DNA of 63,168 nt, counting the filler, from Folioceros fuciformis (Eukaryota), in assembly GCA_049999805.1 (NCBI GenBank). It is 9 parts of 9 records of this genome, joined end to end, with 100 filler letters (N's around TTAATTAATTAA, not from the genome) between each part and the next. Parts side by side here need not be neighbours in the genome. Positions count along the whole stretch, not along the records: positions 31,953 to 37,898 come from JBNGIO010002282.1; positions 37,999 to 44,158 come from JBNGIO010002284.1; positions 44,259 to 45,844 come from JBNGIO010002285.1; positions 45,945 to 48,120 come from JBNGIO010002286.1; 5 more parts are not named here. One strand, 5' to 3'. The notes under the pieces were generated by a model. The model searched no databases. It saw nothing but the letters and a program-made list of their open reading frames with translations, and was not told where the DNA came from. Made by a program: the position numbers and the translations under genes. Below are positions 36,906 through 48,120 of this stretch, in pieces; within the stretch, counting starts at the first letter, position 1; each line of letters opens with the position of its first letter.

Positions 36906-37898
36906 TCACACCACGGGTGTATCGAGCGTCAAGCCGATGACATCGTGCATCACGACCACCTCATTCCGATCCCCGAAATTGAGGCGCCGCCCCCGAACCT
37001 CAATGCACGATAATCCAAAGTACATGGACAGCTCTACTTCCCTGTTCAGATCCAGTTTCTTAGGATCGTCAGATATGTCCATGCTGAAGGTGGCCTCGAG
37101 CTTCACTCCAGAGTCGGTTGTGTAGCGCACCTCTTCCTGCTCCGAGCTATAGATGTTGATGTTGAGGGTAGTGAGGCCACAGATAGAGGGGCTCCCTCTG
37201 TACTTGATGCAGTCCTCCAGAGGAATTTCCTGCCCTTTCCGCACATAAGCCTTGAAGGTGTTGATGCAGTAGAAGTTCCCCTGCGACATGGTCTTATAAG
37301 CAGGGGGATCCCCAGGCTGGAACCTACGCATCTGCTGGATCCCGTACGTCCTGCGGCTAATCCTGGAGATGACCACGTTCGGCGAGAAGCCGAAGAAGAC
37401 GGCCCCTTGGCACACAGCGCTGCCGGGATCCGGCGGGATCACAACCCGATCACCCAGCTGCCTGGCAAAGGCCTCCCTCACTTTGAGCCTGAGATACGGT
37501 GAGGAAGAGAAGCCACCCACCAGCAGCATCATCATCACCTGAGGAGTCAGCCGTTGCCGGATCAACCCAATGATCCCATCCACCACAGGGTCGAAGATGG
37601 TTCGCATATCCCACGCCGTGATCGTCATCTCTTCGTAGTTCTCAGACTGGTACCCTATCATGGCATCGTACTCCTGCCAGGCCCGGGACAAATTGTGAGG
37701 AATTTCCAAATCCCCCGTCCACTGGTCATCGCCATCGAACGACACCTTCATGTCCAGCCAATGTTTCAGTACCTTGGTGAGAGTAGCGGGCACACGCTGC
37801 ACCTCATCCAGGAAGCAGGGAATCCTTTGACTCAGAAATCCCAGAAAGCCCTGGTCCACATGCGTCCCCCCGCAGAGATCCCCCGAGCTCTGCGACAT
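36906..37898 (-). CDS. HSPA12-type atypical Hsp70, C-terminal half; 5' part lost at the contig end
   Basis: SGDLCGGTHVDQGF, IFDPVVDGIIGLI, LLVGGFSSSPYLR, AVCQGAV, RISRRTYG, F..YVRKGQEI, INIYSS, VELSMYFG..IEV. No helical lid or EEVD tail. The Met at 37898 lies at the contig edge and is not the true start. Confidence 0.9.
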   Translation of the reverse strand: MSQSSGDLCGGTHVDQGFLGFLSQRIPCFLDEVQRVPATLTKVLKHWLDMKVSFDGDDQWTGDLEIPHNLSRAWQEYDAMIGYQSENYEEMTITAWDMRTIFDPVVDGIIGLIRQRLTPQVMMMLLVGGFSSSPYLRLKVREAFARQLGDRVVIPPDPGSAVCQGAVFFGFSPNVVISRISRRTYGIQQMRRFQPGDPPAYKTMSQGNFYCINTFKAYVRKGQEIPLEDCIKYRGSPSICGLTTLNINIYSSEQEEVRYTTDSGVKLEATFSMDISDDPKKLDLNREVELSMYFGLSCIEVRGRRLNFGDRNEVVVMHDVIGLTLDTPVV

Positions 37899-37998
37899 NN
37901 NNNNNNNNNNNNNNNNNNNNNNNNNNNNNNNNNNNNNNNNNNTTAATTAATTAANNNNNNNNNNNNNNNNNNNNNNNNNNNNNNNNNNNNNNNNNNNN

Positions 37999-40900
37999 AG
38001 TATGTTTTGGGAGGAAGGTAGCATGGGGAGCTGGTTCAATATGGGGGTTATCTCCCTGCTCCCTAAGCAAGACGCCAGTTTATCAATCTCCAATTGGCGC
38101 CCGATTACCTTGCTTACTACCACATACAAGGTGATTGCTAAGATACTGGCTAACCGAATTACTCCATTTTTTGATGATTGAATTGAGAAAGAGCAGTGAG
38201 GGTTCATTCAAAATAGGTGCATCCTGGACAACCTCCTACTCCTTAGGGAAGCTAAGTACAACACTCAGGTATAGAAGCAAGCCGCTGTTTTCGTTTCCCT
38301 TGACTTTTACAAGGCTTATGATTCTGTTGAGTGGCATTTCCTGTGGCGATGCCTTCGTAGTTTCGGGTTCGGGAATAATTTATGCAAATGGATAGCCATC
38401 TTGTGTGAAGATGCTGGAGCCAAGGTGGCTGTTAATGGATCCTTTACGGAGCGCTTTGGCATCTCTCGGTCGGTACATCAAGGTTGCCCCCTTGCTCCAT
38501 TCTTATTTATTATCGTCACTGACTTCTTTCTCAGAGCAGTCAAGCAAGACCCGCCAGTGGTGGGCATTCGGAACCCTAATGGATCGCAGCTAAGGGTCTC
38601 GGCATTTGCAGATGATACTCTCCTCTTTTCCTCGGCAGAGGAGGCTTCATTGAAAGCGCTGCGCGAACAGGTCAAAGTCTTTGGTGAGCTGTTGGGCTGC
38701 AAGGTGAACTGTGGTAAGACGTGTATGATGTGTCTTCATTTAGAGGGGGAGCCTCCCCAGTGTATTAATCACATTAGGCGAGTGACTCTGGGTTCTACCC
38801 ACAAGTATTTGGGGCTTCCTTTCCAATAGGAGGAAGAGAACGAGAGATTGGGAAGTAGGTACTTCTCATATTCATTCGCAAAGCGGCTAGTCTGCAGTTG
38901 CTAGAGCTCAACCTGGCAGGTAGGCTGGCGGTGATTGATCATGTCCTTACCGCCTCCTTATGGTATTATCTGTTTTTGTGGGCCCCTTCTAAGACAGAGG
39001 TGAAGCGCTTAAACAGGTGCTGACCTCTTTTTCATGGAAGCGTTCGGGGGATAATATGGCTGGATGCTCTAAAGTGGCTTGGCAGCATATTATTTAGGAG
39101 CGGGGTTTGGGGGGTCTCGGGGTGGTGGACCCGGTTGCCAAGATGAAAGTTTTGCATGCTCAATGGGTTGTTAGGGCAGCAGATCCTACATACTATCCTT
39201 GGAAGAGTCTTCTAACACAGTACTTGGACTGCAACCAAGCTGTCCCCAGGGGAAGGAGATCTATAGACAACATTATGGCTGACAAACTGCTTCTCAATAT
39301 TGCAGATTGCTCCCCGCTTTTCAAGTCCATTTGGAGCAGTTATCTGGAGGTTAAACAAAATATTATCTCGGGTAACGTCTCTCATGCAGATGATGTTCTT
39401 GGTATTCCTTTACAAGGATTCTCGAGGCTGTGGGTTTAGGATTTCAGGTTAAGGGTATATCGGTCCCAAATTTTCGGGCTAGCGTGTCGGAGGGGTGTTT
39501 TCCAACTTGGGCATTTATGGAATAGATCCGAGTCCCGCAGGAAAGAGGTAGAGGAGGTCAAAGGGGAATTTGGCATTGGTGCCCGGCATGTCAGGCTTAT
39601 TTTTCCGTGGCTGCACGAGGGGCTAGAGGAACAGGTGCAACAGATTTTAAGGCAACCACTTACCAGAGGCGAGGAAGGGTGGTATGCATATTCCATGGAT
39701 AGCAGGGGAGTCAACTCGGAGGAGGAGGACGAACAGGAGGATGCAATAGATTTAGATAGAGCAGTCTAGCTTGCAAGAGCTGATGGCAAAGAGGCGTTGA
39801 AATCGTTCCAGGTCATGTCGCTTGCCGGTTTTTTGAAAGTTCAGGGAAGGGAGGACGGGGAAACCCGAGGAGGGCAGCTGCGGGCTATCACTGTCCTCTG
39901 TAAGTCCGTTCGGGCTAGGCGCTGGTGCATTCTAAGCGAACATCCTAGTGGGCCGCAACTTCCGATAAAGCGAAGGCTCTATGTTGGTTCCGTTTGGATG
40001 AAAATTGGGCTCTGACCTTCAGACAAGAACTGTACAAGTGGCCCAAGCGTCCAGGGAGTAAGAAGGCTACTTTTCAATCTTTCTTCAACTTCCCAACGGC
40101 GGATTTATTCCTCTGGCTGGTGCGAGCACAGAAAATCAAGCAAAGACAACCAATGGCTCCCTGATTATAGTTATCTGGACGGCGACAAAGGGAAGCCGTC
40201 AAGCTACTATGGAAGTCCGCAGGAATCCCCCCCAAGGTCAGGTATACGGTTTGGTGCTTCTTTCAAGCGTGTTTGCCTAATGCGGATCGATGGGTTGGGC
40301 TTTTAGTTGCAACAGGAGAGGAAGTGTGTCAACTGTGCAATGCTAGGGCCCCGAACAAGAGTCAGCATATGTTCTTTCACTGTAGCTTTGCTCAAGAGAT
40401 ATGGAGGGAGGTAGGCAGCTGGCTGCGATTCATTTCACCTAGTGCTATCCTCAGGATCACGATGCAATCAGGCTTATTTGGGCTGGATGCAGCCTTGGGC
40501 AAGCCTCTTCTTAAAACACAATGGTGGGGCTTGCTGTGGTCTTTGTGCCTTTTTCATCTTTAGGTCAATTGGTCCGCTGTGGTCTATGGAGGACAGGAGC
40601 CAGCTTCATCGAAAGCTTTGTTGTGGTGCATATTGGAGCATTTATTGATTGCAATAGAAGCGTTAGAGCAATCCCGTCGAAAATAGTTTAAGAGGAAAGA
40701 GTGGAGGTCGGCGGGCTTCCTTATGACTGAGACATGTACGAGCTGGAATCATTTGTGCCCATGGGGAAGGTGAGCCCTTAGGGGCCTTGGGAGACTTTGA
40801 AGGGTTAGTATTAGTGGCTTTGGCAGTCTGCGGGTAGCATAGTGCAGGGGAGCAATCTCTGAGCTTCTCATCTTGAGTTTTGGACTCAAGGTCATTCTTC

Positions 40901-41020
40901 CACCCCCCTCCTGTGGTGCTCGACATATGTACATACGTTTGCAGGGGGTCCCCCCCCCTTTTGTATCGTAAGTGGGAGGCATCTTCCACTCTTAATCAGA
41001 ATTCTTTTTCGTGAAAAAAA
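37999..41020 (+). mobile_element. Degenerate L1-type LINE (RT plus zf-RVT); 5' end cut by the gap
   Basis: GVISLLPK..NWRPITLL..YKVIAKILANR, QGCPLAPFLF, SAFADDTL, KYLGLP, GGLGVVD, CQLC..HMFFHCSFAQEIW. Multiple stops and frameshifts. A-rich end near 41013-41020. Confidence 0.9.
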
Positions 41021-43255
41021 TACATTGACTTAAAGGCTTCTAAATGTGGGGAGAGTAAAAAGATAATGAAACCCTAGGATTCAAATCCTAAGCCTCTTGA
41101 TCAACCTTTTCTGGAGACGTTTAAGGTCACTACAACATCTTGACCATTGCTACAACATCTCCTCAACACTGAGTGTTGAAGTAGAAGAGGAAGAAGGGAG
41201 TGCCCGGCTAGAAGTGTGTTGGAATTACCTTGAGTTTTGTAGCATATTACAATGGTCTCAAGTGCATGGCACACACTTGGGCACGCAAGGCCTTGTGGTG
41301 GCTGTGTATTTGTTTGTGCCATGAAAACCTGTAGGTTTTGTATACTTGAAATCCACGGTTTGAAATCAATCAAAGATAGGCATAAAACAAGGGGTTTCTG
41401 AGAGCAAAGTATGAATGAGCATTTAAAATCATGTGTGGATAAAAATCTAATACATTCATGTCCCGTCATACGATTCATGGTGGAATTGCATTGTGAAGAG
41501 TGTCTGTTGTCCTCCTTTTACCACTCACAAAAACTTGCAAAAACTGAGTACAATGGCAAGAATGACCATTTACCGTTTGGATTTAGGGTTTAGGGTCCCA
41601 TTTTTGTGGATAGACCCGAACTATTTCAGACGACATTAATAGCTAATCTTTGCCACCTAAGGAATAACCTCAACCTATGAGCCATTAGTTGGCATCGACT
41701 GGATTTCTATAAGCGCACCAACCACTGGTAAATATTTATAGTATGAACAAGTATTGAGGAAGCTAAATAGGGAATAATAAGTTCACATAGTGAGGCAAGT
41801 TCACCCTCCCTTTTACTAGAGACTAGTTTCTCCTTGGTAAGCTATCTTAGGTTCCAACTACTTTTTCTTAATTAATGTAATCTTGCTATAGTAATAGCTA
41901 TCATAGCCTGATCTTTTTTTACCTAGCTGATTATCTTTATTTGATTTTTTTTTGCTAACATGCTTATCTTAATTTGATCTTTTTTTTCACTGACATTACT
42001 ATCTAACTCTGATCTTTTTTCGCAACATAACTATCTTAATCTGATGTGACTTAGAGAAATAGACAACAACAAATAAAAATATTTTTATAGATTGCTTAAA
42101 TAAAAGTATGTTTTGGGACTATTTACATGCTTGATGGTCCTGTTGGAGGCTAGTAGATTTCCAATTGTCATTATAGCTTAGGGTTTAGCATAGTTCGGAG
42201 AGCACTTATTTTGTTATGTATGTAAAAGGAAATGTTAAAAGGAAAAGAATGCATTCAAAGATAACAATTTAAAGATAAACACAATCCATCTAAGGAGATC
42301 CTAGATAAGAAAGTGTCTTCTAGATAAGCTCCTTACCTGTATGAGGATACATACACAAGCAAACAAAAAGCAAGAGTGCTTTAATAGCATAATAAGAAAA
42401 ATGAAGTTGCTCAAAGGTCTCTATGCTGCAAAGTTCTTCTCATTCTCATAGCCAAGATGTCGCAAAGCTATTCTCATTCTTAATCCCGAGATATTATAAT
42501 CTTTTTCCATCGAAGTTGTCTTCCTCTTTGAAGCGGTCACCATAAATGATAATATAATAAAGTATTATTATAATTACTTTATTGTATTATTATTATTATC
42601 CATTTCGACCTAAATCGTTGTAGGAAAGGAGATCATAAACTACTTTAGATTATTTTGAGTATAATGGATTGGGTTGTAAGATACTTTATGGCATGTTTGG
42701 ACTTTATGGCATGTTTAGTGCTATGGATTGGGTTGTAAGGTCCTTTATAGCATGTGTAGGTCCAAGGTTCCATTATCGATATTCTATTCTCAAAGTTGAA
42801 GACTTGCCAAGCCTTATGCTATATATGTAGTATTCCATCAAAGTTACTTTCTATTTCTATCACCTTAGCCACAAATAGTTGAACCCTAGGCTATATATAT
42901 AGATGATCTAACAATCTAACAATCACTTAGGACATGTGACCTCTTCTTGCCTACCTACAAATTGCCAAGATTAACTTCGTATCTTAAAGTCACATGTGGT
43001 ATCCAAGTTGCTAGAGCAGAAAAAAATAGAAGAATCGTTATATCTTATAAAAGCTTTCTAATCAATTATTGAGTATTTTTTCCATCTTAAAAAATGAAGA
43101 AAGAAAGGAACTCACGACGAAAGTTCCAAAGCAAAAGTAAAGAAAGAATCAACAACAATCAACAAAAGCACACAAGAATCCACAAAGGCAAATTAGCAAT
43201 AAAAGGTTATAGACGTTGTACCAAAAGCCAAAATAATCGTGTGGCAAGACAAGCC

Positions 43256-43965
43256 ATGGCCTCCTCCACATCCAAGGTTTGTGGGGGTATGAGTGGAAAT
43301 TTAAATGGTTTAGAATGTCTTGTTAAATGGTACATTATGTTGTGTGTTACTGTAAGTTAAGCATGTTAGTTCCATTCAACCTTAATGTTTTGTTCCTCAT
43401 GTTGCAGGGATCTTTTCAAGGGAAGAAGTTGCACAATCGCTTCAAGCTTAATCATAAGCTATGGGAGAGTGATTCTATTAGGAAGTCCCGCAATTACTTG
43501 AAGCTTAATGATGAGCTAATGGATATTGATTCAATCAGGAAAAGAATTATAGACCTCTCCAACCTAGAGAAGAGCAAAATGACTAATATTCAAGGAAGAG
43601 GATGCAACCAACAACCAAGAGCCATGTCACAAAGTACGAAGGTCGTGGATACAAAGACAAATGTGCACTATGGAAGAGAAATGGTTGACAATATGGGGCA
43701 ACAATTTTTATTAGCTCGGCTTAGCGCCATGCAAATTAAAAGTGAGGAGGATGTGCACCATGAAAGGGCAACGTTTGACAATATGATGCAAGAATTTTTA
43801 TTAGCTCGGCTTAGTGCCATGCAAATTAAAAGTGAGGAGGATGTGCACAACGGAAGGGCAACGTTTGGCAATATGACACAAGAATTTTTATTAGCTCGGC
43901 TTAGAGCCATGGAAATTAAAAGTGAGGAGGTTGTATTTCCAAAGCCTGATACACCTCATAGTTAG
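43256..43965 (+). CDS. Orphan hypothetical protein with three 30-aa tandem repeats (possible intron about 43277-43408)
   Basis: 90-bp units (43663-43930) stay in frame: VHHERATFDNMMQEFLLARLSAMQIKSEED. Plausible GT..TGCAG intron after MASSTSK. No family recognised. Confidence 0.35.
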
Positions 43966-44258
43966 ACATAGCAAGATTATAGAGCAAAAGAGCTTATGTT
44001 AGATAGCTTCAACTCAATGCAACTTTAATTGAACATGAGGAATATAGTTAAAATATTGAGGCTCAAAATCTTTTTACTATGTCAGTGTTTAGGGTTTAGG
44101 GTCAAACATCAAGTCCAATTCTATGGACAAACATGCTTTTAGTGCAATTCATCCGAACNNNNNNNNNNNNNNNNNNNNNNNNNNNNNNNNNNNNNNNNNN
44201 NNTTAATTAATTAANNNNNNNNNNNNNNNNNNNNNNNNNNNNNNNNNNNNNNNNNNNN

Positions 44259-44372
44259 CAAGAAGCTTCCAAGTAATTAGCTTAAGCTAATCTAAACTAA
44301 TGGTACTTAACTAGACACTAATCTTACACTAAACACATTAGTCTAAGCACATTTGACTTTATTAACCCTATA
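44259..44372 (-). mobile_element. Fragment of the Copia LTR family seen at 53559
   Basis: TTAGCTTAAGCTAATCTAAACTAATG..ACTTAACTAGACACTAATCTTA..TAACCCTA is the reverse complement of the LTR start at 53559-53710. Confidence 0.85.
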
Positions 44373-45386
44373 AAAAGTCCAAAACATGGGACACCATGCT
44401 TAACCATGGAGAAAAATCTAAAACGTCATGTTGGAGTGACTTCGTTTATGTAGAACCAGCCAACCGGGCAGGTGGATGGATGGGTGCATGAGTTACAATG
44501 CTTGAGCATGGAGAAAAGTCTAAAATGTTAGGCTAGAGTGATTTCTTCTATGAAGAACCAGCCAACCTACGTACGGACAAGAAGAGGGAGGGGTTGGTGG
44601 GAGGAGGAAGAAGCGAAAGAAGGAGAAAAAATAAGTGTCCTCCTTATGCTTGTTGTTGCCTTAGTTGTCAATATGACATAACTCCTTTGGTCATGCACAC
44701 CCTAGTCGAAGTCCTCTCTAGAGTTTTCTTCGATTATGTTCCTTCCCTTTTAGACCTATAAGCAGTTAAGCTTCTTTCGCAAGCTCTAAGACTTGGTTAA
44801 TAGCTACCGCAATAGACTTTGGCCTAACCACTTCTACAATCTAAAATCAAAGAGCAAATCAAACATTAAAAATTAATAATAACCATAATTGTAACAACTT
44901 CGGCTGACTGTACATAGAGAGAGACTTCAAATAGTCCCAATTTATTAATTCCATAGTGTACGACCAACCTTACTAGGGCAATGGAGGTTTGCTTTGTCCT
45001 AATAATTGATGTTAATCCCAGTAGGATGTTGTCTTAATAGCAACATGCCAAGGCACTAAGCCTATAACTGCCCTTAGCCAAAAAGGTAGATAACGTATGT
45101 TACCTTTTGTTAAGTGTGTACGAAGTTCAGTCACCACGTTCCCTTTTGCTAGGTGTGTAAGGAGTTTGGCCACAAGGTTTCCTTATGCCATGTTTGTAAG
45201 AAGTTAAACCACACTATTAGTGATCCAATGGTCTATGGTGCTCCAATGTCATGTGCGTTGTTCCACTTGAAGGATCGCTCTAGGAGCTACATGGTGAAGG
45301 AGGAGAGGAGGAGGCAAGAAGGAGAGGAGAAAGAGAGGTCACACTCTCACAATGAGTCTTAATATGCAAGGGAGCTCAAGGGGGTA

Positions 45387-45559
45387 TTTATACCCTCTAG
45401 AAGAGCTCCCTAGGAAGCTTCACAAGAAGCGCACAGGAAGCTGCGCAAGAAGCTTCGAACAGATTAGCTTAAGCTAATCTAAACTAATGATACTTAACTA
45501 GACACTAATCTTAGACTAAACACATTAGTCTAAACACATTGGGCTTTAATAACCCTACA
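45387..45559 (-). mobile_element. Copia-family LTR copy (possible solo LTR; probably extends further left)
   Basis: Near-identical reverse complement of 53559-53764, ending ...TTTAATAACCCTACA, which is the TG start of the LTR. Confidence 0.88.
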
Positions 45560-45944
45560 CCACCATGGTCATGAGTGAATGTTTTGAAACCTACAACAAA
45601 TAATACATACATGAATGCCAAGATGCTCATTATTGTCACATCTACACCTATTTTGTAATTAGAGGCAAAGTTTTGAAAGTGTTCGTCTGTAAGAAGGATT
45701 GATTTGTGAAGCGACGAGTACATTGATCTCGGTGTCCATTTGAGGTGCGAGTGGAATATTCCATATGGAATGCTATGAGACTAGGTATGCCAAGCATGGG
45801 CTTGCTCGAACAGGAAGCGCTAGTTGTGTGTGGACGACTAGAGTNNNNNNNNNNNNNNNNNNNNNNNNNNNNNNNNNNNNNNNNNNNNTTAATTAATTAA
45901 NNNNNNNNNNNNNNNNNNNNNNNNNNNNNNNNNNNNNNNNNNNN

Positions 45945-48120
45945 GTTGCGTCCTGGAATGGCAAACATCACCCATCATCGCCGTAATTAGCATCAGGCTC
46001 TCCGCCTGCGGTAGAGAGTCGGTTCCCACCCACTACCCGCAGATGGCAAGCCGTACGGCCATTGGCTGGCCATGGTACAGGAAATGCATCACCCCAGTCA
46101 AATCCCCAGCAGCCCTTGCTTGTCTCTCCACTGGACCACCTCCTGCATCTCCATCCACGACACTGGACCACCTCCTGCATCTCCATCCACGACCCTAGAC
46201 GACAGGGTATCAACTTCTTGAGGCATCCCGGATCTCACCTCCTATTCCTCATATGATTCCAGTCAGGTGCCCCAGCACGCCCTCGGTGCCCGAGACCCTT
46301 TCTCCACCAGCCTCCCTTGATTCGCCTGCCGGCCCAACTACTTCAGCCAAGTTCCAGCCAGCCCGCTGCCGGCCCAACTACTTCAGCCAAGTTCCAGCCA
46401 GCCCGCCACCATCCTGTTTGGCTTGCTAGATCCGGCCATCATGATCCGGCCATCATGCACCCTGTTAGCCCTCGGCTGACCTGGATGCCACCTGGGTGCA
46501 ACGCCACCCACCATGCCCATCTGACCTCGCCAAGACGAGACCTTCACCAGGCTTGTGTGTTGTTGCTGCAGATGCTACTAGAGGCCGGCCAGAGCGTGCT
46601 TCTTGACACACGGTCCCCGAGCTGAGCAAGGCTGAGGATAATTCAGAAGCAGCGGCTAGTGGTTTTGCGACTCCGCTTTCTGCCTTCTGTCCAGCCACCA
46701 AGAGATCTCCAAAAAATGGCCGCGACCCCTCCAACTCAACCAGCCCCTTGATCTGATGCTGGCCGCCTGGCAGCCCGCTGCCCCAGCGTCCTACCATCCC
46801 TCCTCCGGCCAGGTCCCCTCTGGCTTGTCAGGATTTGGCCCCAGCCTGCCTCGTCTCACCTGCTCGTGCCTGCTCCACCCCCACCTGCGGCCGTCCCGGT
46901 GCAACGCCTACCAACAACCCCGCCACTTCGATTCGATCTGCCATGCATCCTACCGCCTCCAGACCCAGTTGTCGCCGAGCCGTCGGTCATCCCATTCGCC
47001 TGCCCGGGCCCGCTCCACTGCCTACGACTTAGCCATCCACCAGAGTGCCCTGCCGGCTTGTCAGCAGCCCATCGTGCCCGGATCCAACCAGTAAGCTTGC
47101 CGACTAGAGTCGACTTGCCAACCTACCTGCCTAGATCTAGCCAGACCGCCAGCCCTCACCGCTTGCTGCCTGCTTGCAACCTCGTTGCTGCTTAGCAGCC
47201 TGGCCGAGTTACCCGACTGCCCTCTTGGCGGTCCAATCCTCCAGCCGGTACTTGCAATCCTCTGAGTCGTCCGCCTGTCGGGATCCATCCCAGCAGTAGG
47301 CTAGCCCGCCTGCCGCTGATCTTGGCCAGGTCCCCAACTCGGGTCTGGCTTGGTTCTCCTGCTTACCATCATCTCGGCCTGGACTACTAGCTCTCTTCCT
47401 GCAGGGTCCCTGCCTATGCCGGCCCGTTTCGATCAACAGAGCTGCCCAGGCCGCCAGCGAACTTGCCCGGCCAGCCCCGCTTGCCGAGCCTCCTCAGCAG
47501 CCCTCTCTTCTGCCTTCCGGCCCGGACTTAGCTTGGGTGCTCTGCCTCCGACACCTTCAGGACGCCGACTGGCTGCAAGATCTGCCTCGGCCAGCCGTCA
47601 ACAGTGGGGCTACCTAGCCTTCAGCTAGTGGCGGCGCCTACCTACAGCTCGGCCGCTTCGAGCCTAAATTCAGCCAGACCCTCCTTCCATCGCCTGCAGC
47701 AGACGTGCCCATCGTCAAGCCATGCCGCCTCCAGCGTCCCGCCAGGTCGTGCTCCCCCTGTAGGCCGTCCTAGCCTGGACTAGTTCACACACCGCCCTAA
47801 ATAGCCACTGCTGGCTACCCGCCAGCAGCCCGATCGAGCGGGCTGCCGCTGTCGAGTTGCCTACGTGCCGTCGGTCCGCTTTATATACACCAGTGCAAAA
47901 ACGATTGTTGCCAAAATTGAATGAATAAAATAATCAAATTACAAAAGGTTTACAAAACATGTGTTTAAATATTCATGACCTGGAGTCATCTTGTTTCACT
48001 TTATCTAAACATATTTAATCTAAATTAAATACATACAACCCTAAGTGTGACAGGGCTTGTTATCTTAACATTAAGGCCGTGCTCCCCCCGCAGGCCGCCC
48101 TAGCCTGGACTAGCTCGCAC
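45945..48120. repeat. GC-rich low-complexity repeat contig of unknown class
   Basis: 41-bp tandem duplication at about 46325-46405. 47746-47790 recurs at 48076-48120. No recognisable protein motifs. Confidence 0.4.

Noticed and set aside
31953-37898. The two Hsp70 halves as one rearranged or circularly permuted gene
   Set aside because: They overlap by about 60 codons of homologous but clearly different sequence, so they are separate paralogs.
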